Of a stretch of 64,000 bases of DNA, positions 1 to 12,024 are shown piece by piece. The stretch lies in the NCBI RefSeq assembly GCF_003918875.1, contig NW_025767301.1:2790001-2854000 (forward strand). The letters run 5' to 3'. A program made the position numbers and the translations under genes. This DNA comes from Haliotis rubra. Lineage: Eukaryota. Positions within the stretch are counted from its first letter, which is position 1. Each line of letters opens with the position of its first letter. The notes beneath the pieces are model-generated. The model was given only the letters and a program-made list of their open reading frames with translations, was not told the DNA's origin and searched no databases.

Positions 1-700
1 ATGACAGATATATAAAAAAGTGCCATAATATGATGTTAAATGACTTCGAAAATGGTAAAGTAAATTGGGCATCCAGGCCACGGCAACTTCTATATCAATA
101 TCATTTTGGATACAGCTGGGAACTACAACAGGTCGGTTGTAGGTTTCTTATGAACAAGAGCGGCATTACGGTTTATGTAATGGTTAAAAAACTAAAAACA
201 TCCCTATTTTCCTCGACCGCCTCCGTGGTGTAGTGGTTAGAGCGTCCGCTCGGAGACCGGAAGGTCGCGGGTTCGATCCCCGGCCGCGTCATACCAAAAG
301 ACGTTAAAATATGGTACTTGTTGTTAAATGTTGATGTCTCTCATGTATGTAATAGTGATATGGACCTAAGGCCTCCCCACGTCAGAAATAAACTTGACTT
401 GGATATGTAAAGCCCATATTTTTTTCCTCACCCTATTTTCTTCGTTTTTTTTCCCGACTGCATTTAGTTTCACGAACGTATCGTGCCTCTGGCGAAGTTA
501 TCTGTCTAGGGGCATACTAATGAGGTCATACCAGTATTTTATGCATCTTGTGAACGTATCAACATTTACACCAAAACGACCACATACCCCTAGAACAGCA
601 ACATGGGTTTGAAACTCCCGAAACTGCTTTTGCAATTTTATTTGAGAAACAACCAGTTACGAACAAACCCAATATCCCAACCTTATTGAATAACAGTCTT
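1..700 (+). mobile_element. Decayed Naiad-type Penelope-like RT fragment, interrupted by a SINE
   Basis: ORF 30..233 HFGYSWELQQVG ~ FGGxVFQQxVG. After the SINE, LDLDM ~ LDL. ORF 394..612 AFSFTNV..YLSRGI..SY ~ DFNFxIV..FLSSNI..AY. YPNLIE ~ YHDLVD. Motifs are colinear. Confidence 0.55.
215..323 (+). mobile_element. tRNA-derived SINE head plus Meta-like core, 3'-truncated
   Basis: A-box TGGTGTAGTGG and B-box GGTTCGATCCC, then ATACCAAAAGACGTTAAAATATGGTACTTG, which resembles the MetaSINE domain as I recall it. Confidence 0.75.
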
Positions 701-820
701 AACCCGAATGGTTAGACACACTGATTAATACCTATATCTTTGCAAATTATTTGCAGCTTATAACGAAGCTGTTTTAGAGGAACCAAGGCTTTATTAGCTT
801 TGCACAGCAATGTCGGGAAA

Positions 821-945
821 GTGAGAGAGTGAGTATGGTTTTAGGCCGTTTATAGCAATATTTGAGCAGTATCACGGCGGTGGACACCAGAAATGGGCTT
901 CACACATTGTACTCATGTGAGGAATTCTACCCATTTGGGGTCTTC
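821..945 (-). mobile_element. SINE family A, degenerate
   Basis: GAGT tail and GGACACCAGAAATGGGCTTCACACATTGTA shared with the copies at 25107 and 39662. Confidence 0.8.
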
Positions 946-949
946 AGAG

Positions 950-1340
950 TGAAGATATCGGGAAAGGTTGTGACCAGCACAATAGTTTGAAGAAATAGTT
1001 CCTAAAAGGCTAGCAATCATGACTGACATGACCCTTAGCTTCCAGGTATAATGATGTCTTTTCTTGCCACCATACCTAAATACTAAAACATCACTTCCCT
1101 CCACTCACCTCCCCACTCCACCCATCCCACTTGTTACAAATGCTTGGTTTTTCGTTTAAAGTTACAACATCCACAACCTCAGTAAAGCTTTCAAATAGAT
1201 TTATTGTGATCATGTGGAAGACATTTAAACATTTGACTCTTCAGTGACAGAAATTGATGTCCGATGCATTTCACAATGTTTTGACTTGTACCATGCGTTC
1301 CTGAATTTTTGAAAAATGAACAGTTGACTAGCCTTTGCAT
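950..1340 (-). mobile_element. Decayed Naiad-type RT fragment
   Basis: ORF 1191..1463 RLVNCSFFKNSG ~ LIDSCFFNKNG. ORF 913..1104 VFRYGGK...IASL...NLSRY. Confidence 0.5.
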
Positions 1341-1344
1341 ATGT

Positions 1345-1445
1345 TTGTGACGGGTGACATCGTAGGGGCAGGATAAACTCACCTTTTCGCGAACACCTGG
1401 TATCATCACTATTTGATTGTGATCCATAAACACATGCTCTGTCAT
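1345..1445 (+). repeat. Dispersed ~100 bp repeat (family T), possible PLE terminal/pLTR motif
   Basis: GACGGGTGACATCGTAGGGGCAGGATAAACTCACCTTTTCGCGAACACCTGGTATCATCAC. Similar copies at 30470-30545 (-), 33825-33900 (+) and 47045-47105 (-). Confidence 0.65.
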
Positions 1446-1549
1446 CTTATCTCGTGGTGTCAATCACTGGATTGTCTGGTCCAGACTCGATTGTTTACAG
1501 ACCGCTTCGTACAGGTAAAATAAACACATACTCATGATGCAGTCAGGAC

Positions 1550-2080
1550 TGTACAATCGACTCTGCTTTTAGCAGGGATTTGTTACGGATGTGGAAAGGG
1601 ATTAGTCGTTTCTATTTACAAGACTTCTATTTTTCTCTGCAGTTGAAGAAATCGCACAAATCGTCCGTATAGAAAAGAATCACAGTTCCGTAAAAACCTG
1701 ATTTCCCAGCCTCTAGACTGTTGGATATCATTCTCCAACCGAGTAATAAATAGTTAAAACAAAAGCGGACATAAAATGTCGCCTTGTCTAAAACCACTAA
1801 AAGAGCGGAAACCATCTAACACGCTTTTCTTTGAAATAATAACCGCAGATAGAACATTAGATTAAATATTCTTATGAAAAACATATTTAGGAAGGAATTC
1901 CGGTCTTGAGAAGAACAGACCTGATCAGATGACTACTATTGGTATCCAACGCATTCTGTAAATCTACAAACGGGGAATACAACGTTTGCTTCGATTTATC
2001 TGGTTTAGCCTGTAACTAAGAACCTAAAATATTGCCATGAATATCTATAAGAGTGATACCCCAAAAGTATTTTACATCAT
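1550..2080 (-). mobile_element. Decayed Naiad-type RT fragment
   Basis: ORF 1627..1815 ALLVVLDKATFYVRF ~ MLEFLIDNIFVRF, followed by FYTDDL ~ YIDD. Confidence 0.55.
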
Positions 2081-2279
2081 GGACTATATACTACCTGTTT
2101 CTTAAAAAAAAAGGAACACAGCTGTAATTATTGTTAAACAGAGACAAAAAACACACACGGAATTAAAACATTTCTACCATGTGTCAGATCTCAGCAAACA
2201 ACTCCAGGATCGGTCTCTTTACCACAGGGCGCCAACAGTGCGATCTCAGCAGCCGTCATATCCGGTAAACTGGTGATGT

Positions 2280-3290
2280 CTTCATCTCATGACCTGTTAC
2301 AATTACAATATCAAAAGCGGTCATGTTGTTTTCTGAAAAACACAATACAATCACAATTCACAACATCAGGGGCATTTAACAAGATTCTGAAGGAGTCAAT
2401 CAACTGTGTAACATGTGCACTTATAAATGGTACTGTTAATCTTGGTGTTCGTAAGGAAAATTTCACTTTACTGACAAGGTTGAATGTCATGAGACCCATA
2501 TTTCAGCACTTGCATAATGCACATGTATTCGGGGGTTACAATTCTCCTCTTCTGAATCTATATGTACATAATTGCTGGGAATTCTTAACGTCAGCATTGA
2601 TTTTTATAACAAAATGTCTTGACCATGTACATGAAGGAATGACTGAAGAGTATTGCATGCTTTATAGAGGGTATGCTCTTCTCCATCGATATATAAACCT
2701 CTTCATACTTTCTGTGTCCTAATGTGTTACATCCTAAACGATAGTTTGCTTGAAGATGGAATATAAATATTTTTATAAATATACTTAATAAGTTAAAATG
2801 TCTATTTTCCAACTTCATAAAAATAATAATGTTTCATCTCTGTTAATATATTTAGATAAAATATTCCTGTTTATCTTCGTATGCGTGCATTTACACATAC
2901 TCTATTCTAAAGAACTCTTCAAATGTGAATATTGGAAAAAATACGCGGAAGCCCGGAGTGGCAGTAGTTGCACTAGTGCCCTAAGCATTATCAAACCATT
3001 TTCCTTGTATGTTTAGAAAACATGCACACATTTCATCCATCCCCGAGGCGGGGGAAGGCCCAGTACTTTGAATTATTTACCCAGGGACACCCGTGTATTT
3101 GTTCTAGCATTTATATCTCGTGTCTGACTGCTACAACTTGTATCATATGGTCCCGCCCGCCGTTGGAGACGAGATGGCGTTTTCATCAATACGCTGATGT
3201 ACAGATAAGTAAGGTTGGTTTACATCCCAAAGGGGCTAATTAAAACACTCAGCTTAACTCATCACTTTCGTGTCTTTGTTCGGATCCATA
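2280..3290 (+). mobile_element. Decayed Naiad-type RT, near-complete core to C-terminus
   Basis: ORF 2273..2722 HDLL..CFLKN..IFQ..GGYNSPLLNLYVHNCWEFL..HRYINLFIL. ORF 2798..3016 IYLDK..ILYSK..LSIIKPF. ORF 3022..3243 SSIYISCL..KG. All in the expected order. Confidence 0.7.
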
Positions 3291-3309
3291 TTCCAACTGT
3301 GAGGTCCTT

Positions 3310-4400
3310 CTAGTTTTACTTACACATGCACCCCATGTTTGACATCATGGGTTATTCAAAACTAGGGATCGAATTTGAGGATACGGATAAAGATGTATAA
3401 TGATACCCCCAAAACAAAGGGGGGCCTTCTGGGTATTCGCAACTATGTAAATAACAGAGATGGAAAGGATAAACAATAAAGAAATCCAAATCGTGGAAAA
3501 ATAAAGGCATGAGTTTATGTTAGAGAACGGTGTTTGGTGTCGTAATTGAGTAAAAGTTCCAAGTGAGAAAGTATTTTTCAATTGTTTTGCTATCTTCAAA
3601 AGATCATGAGTTCTAAAGTCAATGAGAACATGCTTTACATTTTTCATGTTTTTTGCGACATCTATCTTTCCAACTTCCACATTAAGGTTACATTAGACAC
3701 TTACACAGTTCAAAATCTTGAAACAATAGTTTTAACACATACAAACAATAATGAAGAAATTCCAGAAAGAGACATATCAGTTAGCAAACTATTTTAAAAA
3801 CCACAAGATTCACAATTTGTAAATGAGGACAGATAAAAGCCTTTTAAGCCACAATCTTAATATCGAATTACGAAAGCACTTAGTCATTCTATACACATTA
3901 GAACGTAGTTCTTCCAGAACATATTTACTAATGATAAATATTCTTCCTCGCATATCGTGTAAATCTAACAAGATGTCAAATTTGTAAATGTTAAAAATCT
4001 GAACAGGTCTTTAGTAAATTTGATCCGCTTCAGTAAAAGCCATCAACCCTCTTTAAAAATTCTATTTTAACAAAGTGCTTCTATGAAAATTTCAATAACG
4101 ATCGTTCAGACAGGGAGTCTAGGATTCCAATCACTTGTGTATCACCTGAAACAAAATAGCACCGACAGAAATGATCCTAGTAATGATAAGCCATACTTAG
4201 ATAATTTAAATGCATGGTATATGTCGAAGGGATACCATCTTGCCTTTTGGGAAAATTATGGGTCGTACTAATGTATAGAGTTATTCCGAATAGCTGATTG
4301 TCCAGATCATCAGTGTGGAAAACAAGACTTGTCTAAGTAGTTGTAATACAAGCTGTATATCTTGTCTGGAAATGTCATTCAGACCATTTAAAGGTTTTTG
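3310..4400 (-). mobile_element. Decayed Naiad-type RT fragment
   Basis: VTLMWKL ~ VNQMWIL near 3690. ORF 3345..3680 IDFRTHDLLK..ANTQKAPL..SLVLNNP. Confidence 0.55.
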
Positions 4401-4439
4401 GGTTGAAATTCTAGAAGCCGTTAAAATACAAGTAATAGC

Positions 4440-4940
4440 GCTGTGACCAGGAAAACTTTTAACATAAGTATGCAGTTGTACATTGCGATTATAAAGGTGT
4501 TAAAGTGTTGCACTTTAACATACGCCAAAGATAAACTCCGTTCATCTATAACACGCTGACTGCTTGTGTCACGTTAAAGGTAATCAGCCGAATATATAAT
4601 GTGTTTAGAAATGGCTGGTTATTTAAATTTTTAATAAAGTCAATAGAATACGATTATTGATGAAGAAACGGTTTCTTCTTTAGCATTCATCGTAAAGTAG
4701 ATAAATGGTTAATCAACAAAAAAACACTTTATCACCTATTACCTACTCTGGAAGGTATCGTCTCAAGTGCAGTATGCGTATAAACGAGACCGTTGCGTAT
4801 TAATTTTACTTTAAGTATTTTCAGACGTCCCCGTCAGTAACTGTCCGGAAAAGAGAGTTTTGTTGTATCAATGGGGTCCGCATTGACGATATTTTATTGT
4901 GTTGAGATAATCTGTTTTGCATCATTGGTTTCCATACATC
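4440..4940 (+). mobile_element. Decayed Naiad-type RT fragment
   Basis: AKDKLRSSI ~ PHDKLKSRL, then VFRNG, WLINK, and RIDDILL at 4879-4899. Confidence 0.6.
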
Positions 4941-5197
4941 ATTTCTAATTGTGCACAAGTTTCCACATTTACCATAAACATCTACAATACAACGCTATCT
5001 TGTCAGATACATGTGCACCAAAGGTGACATTGTTGTCATACAATGAGGTGGTTTGTTTTCCTTCATTTTCAACTCTATTTTGCCTATTTCACCCAATGGG
5101 ATTGTCTTTCGGCAGACATTCAGGACAGGTTATTCTCTAGCGCTATAGATTACATTTGCACATTCGAAAGGTGCTTACATCAGGTGCGTGTATATCA

Positions 5198-5257
5198 GGT
5201 AAGCCCAGTGGTTGAAGCGTTCACTCGTCTCACCGGCGACCCGAGTTCGATTTCCAT
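5198..5257 (+). mobile_element. SINE family A head fragment
   Basis: AGTGGTTGAAGCGTTCACTCGTCTCACCGGCGACCCGAGTTCGATT matches the family A head. Confidence 0.65.
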
Positions 5258-5559
5258 CGTTTACAGTGAGTGATATTGATGAGATGTAGCGTACTACTTG
5301 CATAATTAACAATTAGAGTAATGTCAAAATACAAAACTATCATTAGACAGATGACAGATTATATTTCCTGTCAGGTTAAACGTGAAAATATACGAAAAAC
5401 CAAATATTTCTAAAACATAGCATTTAGTAACTCAATCCTGATTGTTATCATAAGTATGAATATTCATTGCTTCTTGCATTATAATGGCTCTTCAATTACT
5501 ACTTTTCAAAAAACATTTGCGAAAAAACACATGCATGTATATTTATGTGTTGTTAACAT

Positions 5560-6065
5560 AGCTTTCCTGTTAAGAACTGTTTTGAGACACTTAGATTTCC
5601 ATTCTATACCCAAGAGGTCGAAATGTATATATGAATTGTAAGTAATATGCCAATATACGTTTACAACACTTGGGCTGAGGCACTCGAAAAAGGGGCGGAA
5701 ATGAAATATTTAAATGAAGTAGGTAATAAAGTATGCCGAGTTGGGTCCACGGTTTACATTTACGACTCGAGCTAGAAATTCTATCTGAGATCGGGGTATG
5801 TGACAAAAGCATGGTCATGATATACAGTCAGATAACAACATATATTCTATGGTAGGGAAGGTTTGATTGACTTGGGCCCCGAAAGGGGCAATTATCTTGT
5901 AAAGACCTCTGCTCCACTGTTGATGAGGGGTTCAAAGGTCATCGCAAGACGAGGTTACTGTCTCGATCGTCACCTAGGTTGCTGTCAACCAGAATAACCC
6001 TCGTATGTATGGGTAGGACTTAATGGCGATTGTTGGGATGTAAAATTGGTTCTGTTCGGTTCAGG
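5560..6065 (-). mobile_element. Decayed Naiad-type RT C-terminal fragment
   Basis: HTYEG ~ YSYEA, then CDDL. ORF 5591..5818 TQLG..LGYR. Confidence 0.4.
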
Positions 6066-6166
6066 TCATAATAATCCAAATAGCTCTAATGAATATAATA
6101 CCAATAATTACAGTAATCATAATCACCACCACTACCACCATCATAATCATCATCACTATCACAACA

Positions 6167-6344
6167 GGGGCGGTGTGGTAGCCTATTGGTTAAAGCGTTG
6201 GCTCGTCACGCCGAAGACCCGGGTTCGAATCCCCACATGGGTACAATGTGTGAAGCCTATTTCTGGTGTCCCCCGCCGTGATGTTGCTGGAATATTGTTA
6301 AAAGCGGCGTAAAACCAAAACTCAGTCAGTCAGTCAGTCAGTCA
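6167..6344 (+). mobile_element. SINE family A (tRNA-derived head, GTC anticodon-like), full length
   Basis: A/B boxes; body TGGGTACAATGTGTGAAGCCTATTTCTGGTGTCCCC; tail GCTGGAATATTG..GCGGCGTAAAAC plus (CAGT)n; flanking TCA(C/T)AACAG duplication. Confidence 0.9.
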
Positions 6345-6637
6345 TAACAGTAATAATATCCGGCTAGATAACAATAACAAGTATTGTAATGATTTAAGAA
6401 AGTAAAATATTTCGAGTTTCATTTTGATTTCCCGCCAACAAAAAAAACTCGCTACTTCAATCACTACCTTAACCAACCACACCCCGGATGTTTCAGAAAC
6501 AATATTCAGGAAAGCCACTCAATCGTGACAACATTGTACACACCACTGAACAACAAAATTGATACATTATACATTGATCGCTGAACAACGTGCATCAATG
6601 ACAGCGCAAAATATGTCACATGAATAAATGCACATTG

Positions 6638-6761
6638 AGTCCTGTTCCACAAAGCTATCTTAGTACTAAGATGATCGTAATTCCAATACTTTAACATTAC
6701 AATACTTTAACATGGGCTTAGCATAGCTGCAGCGCTAAGTCCGCTTTGTGGAACGGTGTCC
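6638..6761. mobile_element. PIF/Harbinger-like MITE
   Basis: Inverted ends GTTCCACAAAGC / GCTTTGTGGAAC. The internal sequence is related to the unit of 20235-20500. Confidence 0.65.
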
Positions 6762-6789
6762 TGCTGAAACAGACATTCAAACCTCATAG

Positions 6790-8290
6790 TTTTCCTCGGG
6801 GCATGTTAAGGGTTTATTCGACCACACGCTGGTGATGGAATAATTGAGGCAGGAATATAATGAGTGTGTATAATGTAAAATAAGTCAAGCTAGTAACTGC
6901 TGCACAATTATAATACGGTTATAATGATTATAATCACAAATATACTACATTAATCGGATTCGTGCAATGATGCAACCGATGATTCATTTGATAAAAAAAA
7001 TTCATGTTCACAAAAAGGGATGAAATATTACATACTCAACTGACTTGTACATATTCTACAAAACACCATCATTTCTAAATTCATTTTGAAAGGAAAAGAT
7101 TTCGGTTGATGTACCACGATAAAAGTGAAATATGAAGCAACCCGATCGCCTCCATCTAGGAGGAACTATTTGAGATGTCTTTTTCCTATCAATCAAAGAC
7201 CATGAATGGTAAAATATTAAAACTGTTAACCACGTGCGTGTATATGCTACCTTAAAAGTCTATTTCAGTCTCATTTGATCATTATCGTTGTGAGATTCTG
7301 AGGGTGGAAATGTACATCACTTGAAATAGACACCTGAGATAGTTGTCAGTAGTTTCTCTTGTAATGCATTTCTGTCAAAGGCATCATTCGACATAAATCA
7401 ATTGTACATGAAGAGTGTACTTCAATGAGTTATCTGATATACGAATCATTATTAATATTGTATACGGATCCTCACGCAAATCGCCCTAATCCAATCAGAG
7501 ATAATAAGACTCTAATTGTATTCTTGTACTTGAAGATGGTTGGTCATATCGCCAACGTGGTCTGGTGGATAGAGTGCCTGCCTGAAGACCGGTTGATCCC
7601 TACACAAAGATGCTGAATATGTTACTTATCTAACGATGATGAAACAAGGATTGGTCGTCTTGGGTTGTTTTTGAGTGGGGTTAGACTAACATCATATAGT
7701 CTCTGAAATGAATATATTTACAGAAAAACTACAGTTCCTAAATTATTATCATAAAACATAATGCTACTAAATGATACTAAAACAATAATAGTATCCATGT
7801 TGTTGCTGCAGCGTGGTGTCTCCATGGGCAAGCACTATAAAGGCTACATTTGTTTATATACATGGCTATATACATGCAATAATAACGCAACGTTAAACAC
7901 AACTCATCTGACCTTATTTATAATTATTATTTACCTACATTTTGCTTTTTTATAATTAATTGCTTCTTAGCAATCAGTTTACTACCTCTGATTGAAAAAG
8001 CTGACCATCGCTACACCGCTGAAGCTGTTTTATTTATAGGAACATGTTTTTCTCAGCCCTACGTCAGACATTTGGCGGTTCATTAAATGCATACTTTCTG
8101 TTTAAAAATGAAAATAATGCATACACTTCAATTGTTAAAGTATGTGTAGCAAATCTGGCTTTTCTGTCTTAAAGTGTGATGTGATATCTTCTGTGTCACA
8201 GATAACGGTATAATGTCATTATAACGGTTTTATAACTAAACATTTAGAGCTTGCTTCATTTGTAGAGGTGACCACTTAATGTAAGATCTC
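6790..8290 (+). mobile_element. Long decayed Naiad-type linker+RT copy, interrupted by small repeats
   Basis: GHVKG (~6800), NQLYMKS ~ NQMWILKNS, ILYTDPH ~ TLYTTIPH (ORF 7425), QRGVSMG at 7809-7829 ~ VGIPMG. Confidence 0.65.
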
Positions 8291-8300
8291 CAAGCAGCAG

Positions 8301-8432
8301 CCCAATTGCGTAGATTAACGCTTATGCTGTTGATCACGGGAGTGTCTAGTCCAGATTCTATTATTTACAGACCGCCGCCATATAGCTTGAATATTGCTGA
8401 GTGCGGCGTAAAACTACATTCACTCACTCACT
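8301..8432 (+). mobile_element. SINE family B, 5'-truncated
   Basis: Family B 3' half with (ACTC)n tail; TSD CAAGCAGCAG. Confidence 0.88.
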
Positions 8433-8559
8433 CAAGCAGCAGTGCTGCACACTGTTATAAACATTTCAATCATGCTGTAAGTAGAGTAATAGATGTATAG
8501 ATGTAAATAATAAGAATTTATTTATACGGTGACATGCTTTCACCAGCTTACATGTAGCC

Positions 8560-9130
8560 GTATGTTTCCTTCCACGTGACGTATAACTTAGAATATTTGC
8601 TTCCATCACCAACACCCTCACCCCCAACCCTTTCCACAAAACGATTGACATGTCAAGGTAGGTTTTTGAAATTTCAACTTAGTTTCTTGAACTTTAAGAA
8701 ATCAAATGGCCGAATGGCCCTAAAACGATTCCGTATATAACCTTTAAACAGACAGTCGTAGTCATTGTGTGGAATGGTACCTTTGCCATCCTCGATTGTC
8801 TTGAGGTTTTATATCTCCAATCTATTATGGCAAACGCCCTGAACCCATATGCCACGATGTTGAACACAGCGAGCCAATCAAATTACTCCCATGGGCGAAA
8901 GAAATTCTGCGCTAGGTAAATGATAGGAGAGATTGATTCATTGATTGTCTCCCGAAACGAATCTTGAATGTGTCCAAGGTATTTATCACAAGAGAATTTT
9001 GATAACGGGACAATGGATCGTTGATGGGTATAATAGGATTTAACATTTTACGTTATTCGTATTTTGCAGATTTTGAATGTTAATCTAAAAATTTCAAAAG
9101 GTATTAACTGTTATACTCTAGTTACACGTT
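8560..9130 (+). mobile_element. Decayed Naiad-type RT core
   Basis: KTIDMS (8638), FKKSNGR, AILDCLEVL, ITPMG (8882), GFNILRY, all colinear. Confidence 0.7.
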
Positions 9131-9206
9131 GGCTTTGTAATGTTGCACTGAAATACAGACTAGTTCATTATTAGTCATATTAAAATTAGGGATGTTCTTT
9201 AGCTAC

Positions 9207-9208
<2 letters not shown>

Positions 9209-9256
<48 letters not shown>
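9209..9256. repeat. (CA)n microsatellite
   Basis: Perfect CA run. Confidence 0.97.
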
Positions 9257-9259
<3 letters not shown>

Positions 9260-9464
9260 GATACATCTTTCTGCGTGAAGCCCTGACGTTACCCCAAAAG
9301 TGTGGTCGTATAAGCGTATAAGGTGATCTTCCCAATTAGCGTCGACGTTTCTAAATTCTCGGAACGACAGAGTAAAACATTCAGACGTTTATAGGATTTC
9401 TGTGTCTCGAAAACAAACTTAAAACATCGAATTCTGAATTTAAATATGATGGATGTGGATGTTT

Positions 9465-9684
9465 GAAGTTTGTTGTTAAGCGCCGCCCTCAGCAGCGTTC
9501 CAGCTTTATAATCGAGTCTGGTACTGACAGCCCGGTGTTCGACATCATGAGCATCGATCCACACAATGGGATATGAAGATGAGCATCAACCAAGTCAGCG
9601 AGCCCGACCACCCGATCCCGTTAGTCACATCGTACGACAAGCATGGGTTGCCAAAGACCAATTCTATCCCGGATCTTCACGCGT
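9465..9684 (-). mobile_element. SINE family B
   Basis: CAAGTCAGCGAGCCCGACCACCCGATCCCGTTAGTC..GACAAGCATGGG..GGATCTTCACG. Confidence 0.88.
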
Positions 9685-9979
9685 ATATACCTGAAGCATA
9701 GGTAACGGAAGCCACAAAACTCTCTGCATGATCATAGGAAACATTTGCTGAAGAGTCCATGTGCTATTCCGACACTATTTGAATCACTAGCTAACAGTTA
9801 TGATGACAAAAGGTGACCTTATCACCTTTGGCAACTGTCACAAAAACACGCAAATTCAAATCAGATGTTCACCTGAACAAATACGGTTCCAAACATGTGG
9901 TACAAGTTAGAATAAGGTGTTGCATCGGAGATCAGTTTGATCATTGATGCCTCAAATTCAGACATCTTCTCCACACAAA

Positions 9980-10740
9980 CAATTTTGAAAACCTTGAATT
10001 ATGTAATATTTAAAATTCTTAGAGTCCACCGAGTCACACTCAAACTGGGTAAACATCAGTTATGTGTATCGAAAAAGTGAAAACAACAAATCACATTCCT
10101 GAACACATATAAAATACCCCACCCCAAGACGAATAACCTCTGAACCAAACCCTCTTAATGAAATGACTATCAAATCGATATATTTAACACCTGATCTGCT
10201 TTTCAAATATGATAGTGAATTCCAGTCTATAATTCCAGAACGATTATCTCAACAGCCAACGATGGGGGTCCTAGTAAATAGTAGCTCCTTTAAATAACAT
10301 GTCATGTTACAAAGCGCTTTCTGGGTGGTTTCAATGAAACTTGTCAGTGGTAATTACAATTATGACAGCCTGCCACTTCTCCCTAATGTGAATTGAGGCT
10401 CATGGATGACTACTCCTCTTTCCTATTTCATTTAAGTCCTTGAAGCAAGCTCGTGTGTCTGCCCAACAACCCTACCTAATTTATTCAAGCGGTCTCAGTT
10501 TGATTTTGCCACGAGGCAGGCCGCAGCCAAGGTGTGGGTGTTCTGCTTTACTGTAGCCCTCCTTGTGGAGGATGACTCTAACGGTACTCCGAGAACAAAA
10601 ACAACTATTGCTTGTTGGAATTTCAGCGTATTTATCTCTGTAAAATTGTTTTAAGGAACGCAGCGTCAATTTAACTACTCGGAACCCTTAGGGGCATGTA
10701 AAACTACAAAGGAATATCTAAAATGGTACCATTTTAACGT
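9980..10740 (+). mobile_element. Decayed Naiad-type RT, C-terminal half
   Basis: PDLLFKYDSEF (10190) ~ ADLFLYSYEAEF, ELRLMDDYSSFLFHL, FSVFIS ~ YGVYIS, GAC. Confidence 0.65.
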
Positions 10741-11600
10741 GTTAAAACGCTTGGTTGGCATTGATAACGTCCACCGGTACACGGGATGCTGCGTCGTGGC
10801 AGGGAAGAAGCGATTGAGCCCCTATATCATGGCATTTTAGATTCCCGGCTGCCCGTTTCTGATTTCCGTTTTTCGCACTTTTGCCTGGATGACATTTCGC
10901 CCTATGTCTGGGGTGTTCCGGCGATAAACCCAAAGATTAGGAAGTGGACAAATAATTATTGTGGAAACAACGACGGGCAGACGCCAAAGTGGCGAGAAAA
11001 CCTCCATCAAAATCCGAAGCGAAAAGGAAAAATATCACTCGTCAGTCAATTCCGCATCTTTCTCACCCGATTTCCTGGTTGAGCCAAGGTTTGGATTGAA
11101 ATAGTATTGCTGAAATATCCTGCTGTCAAATTCGTAGTGTCATGATTGTCCTTTAGAAGAGATACGTTCGAATTGTTGTTGGGCCGTGTTGGTTGCAAGA
11201 ACTGCACCAGGGAAACTCGATACCTGGCTTGCTGCTCAATTTGCATCAAATCTGCATTACGAATTTACTGGCATTTCCATTCCAGCCGAGCTTGTCTAAA
11301 GTCGTCGTACCAGCAGACGGGCATGTCAGCCTCTGGAAGTTGTTAAGGAATAAAAGTGGTTCGTCGACTAGCTCGACTAAAGGATATATCAGGATAGGCT
11401 TTGTTAATTATATCTGAAGACAGAAATCTTGTGGAGTGTGGTGTAAATATTTGCTAAACAAAATGTTTTAGACTGGGTTAAGAGTGAAACGTTTTTGTAT
11501 AGTCTAAAGTATGGGAAAGTTATTTGTATTCTTCGTTTGACACCCAAACCCAGTAGAAAACCAAGCGATCTACACATGGCAACCACCTAATCACCATATT
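10740..11600 (-). mobile_element. Decayed Naiad-type RT core
   Basis: ORF 11404..11586 SKTFCLANIYTTLHK ~ KTFDFSTLYTTIPH, then FRQ..GMEMPVNS..ADL, then VHF..IAGTP. Confidence 0.6.
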
Positions 11601-11619
11601 AAATAGTTGGCTCTGACTT

Positions 11620-11830
11620 CAGACATCGGACACCGATGTATTATATTTTGTCACCATACCCTGGAATCCCTACATGGGCTTTGAAAAAAGGAAAAATACA
11701 GAACTTGGCACAAGCACTAACGCTGTTTTGATTCCGAGACCACGTCCCAGTGAAAATCTTTGGGTCATTAATTCCCGTCCCCATTTATCACCCTTATTTG
11801 AATCAGCCATTTAATCACGTTTTCGGTTCG
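11620..11830 (+). mobile_element. Decayed Naiad-type RT N-terminal fragment
   Basis: WNPYMGF ~ KNPYKxRF; NLWVINS ~ NQMWILKNS. Confidence 0.45.
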
Positions 11831-12024
11831 TTGGTTGTGTGCTAATATGACTGATAGATATTCTTCTTGCAGTCTGTTTCTATTTTCATCCTGTAGTTTT
11901 CATGTTAAATCTGGACATTTGGTTCAGTGCATAGAAAGTGTAGTCCTATTCTCATATCAGGTGCTCCAAACGTAAATATTCACCCGAACTGGCAATCTAT
12001 TTGGTACACTGGAGTCACGGGTAG

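Noticed and set aside
2180-2303. Minus-strand terminal exon after a TTGTAACAG acceptor
   Set aside because: It gives a very short peptide and overlaps the start of a plus-strand RT fossil, with no other support.
5876-5889. GCCCC-GAAA-GGGGC hairpin as terminator or ribozyme part
   Set aside because: An isolated 5-bp stem with no U-tract or catalytic core, not repeated elsewhere.
6167-6240. tRNA-Asp-like gene
   Set aside because: It continues into a SINE body and tail, is multi-copy, and has TSDs. It is a SINE head, as are 215-290 and 25210-25285.
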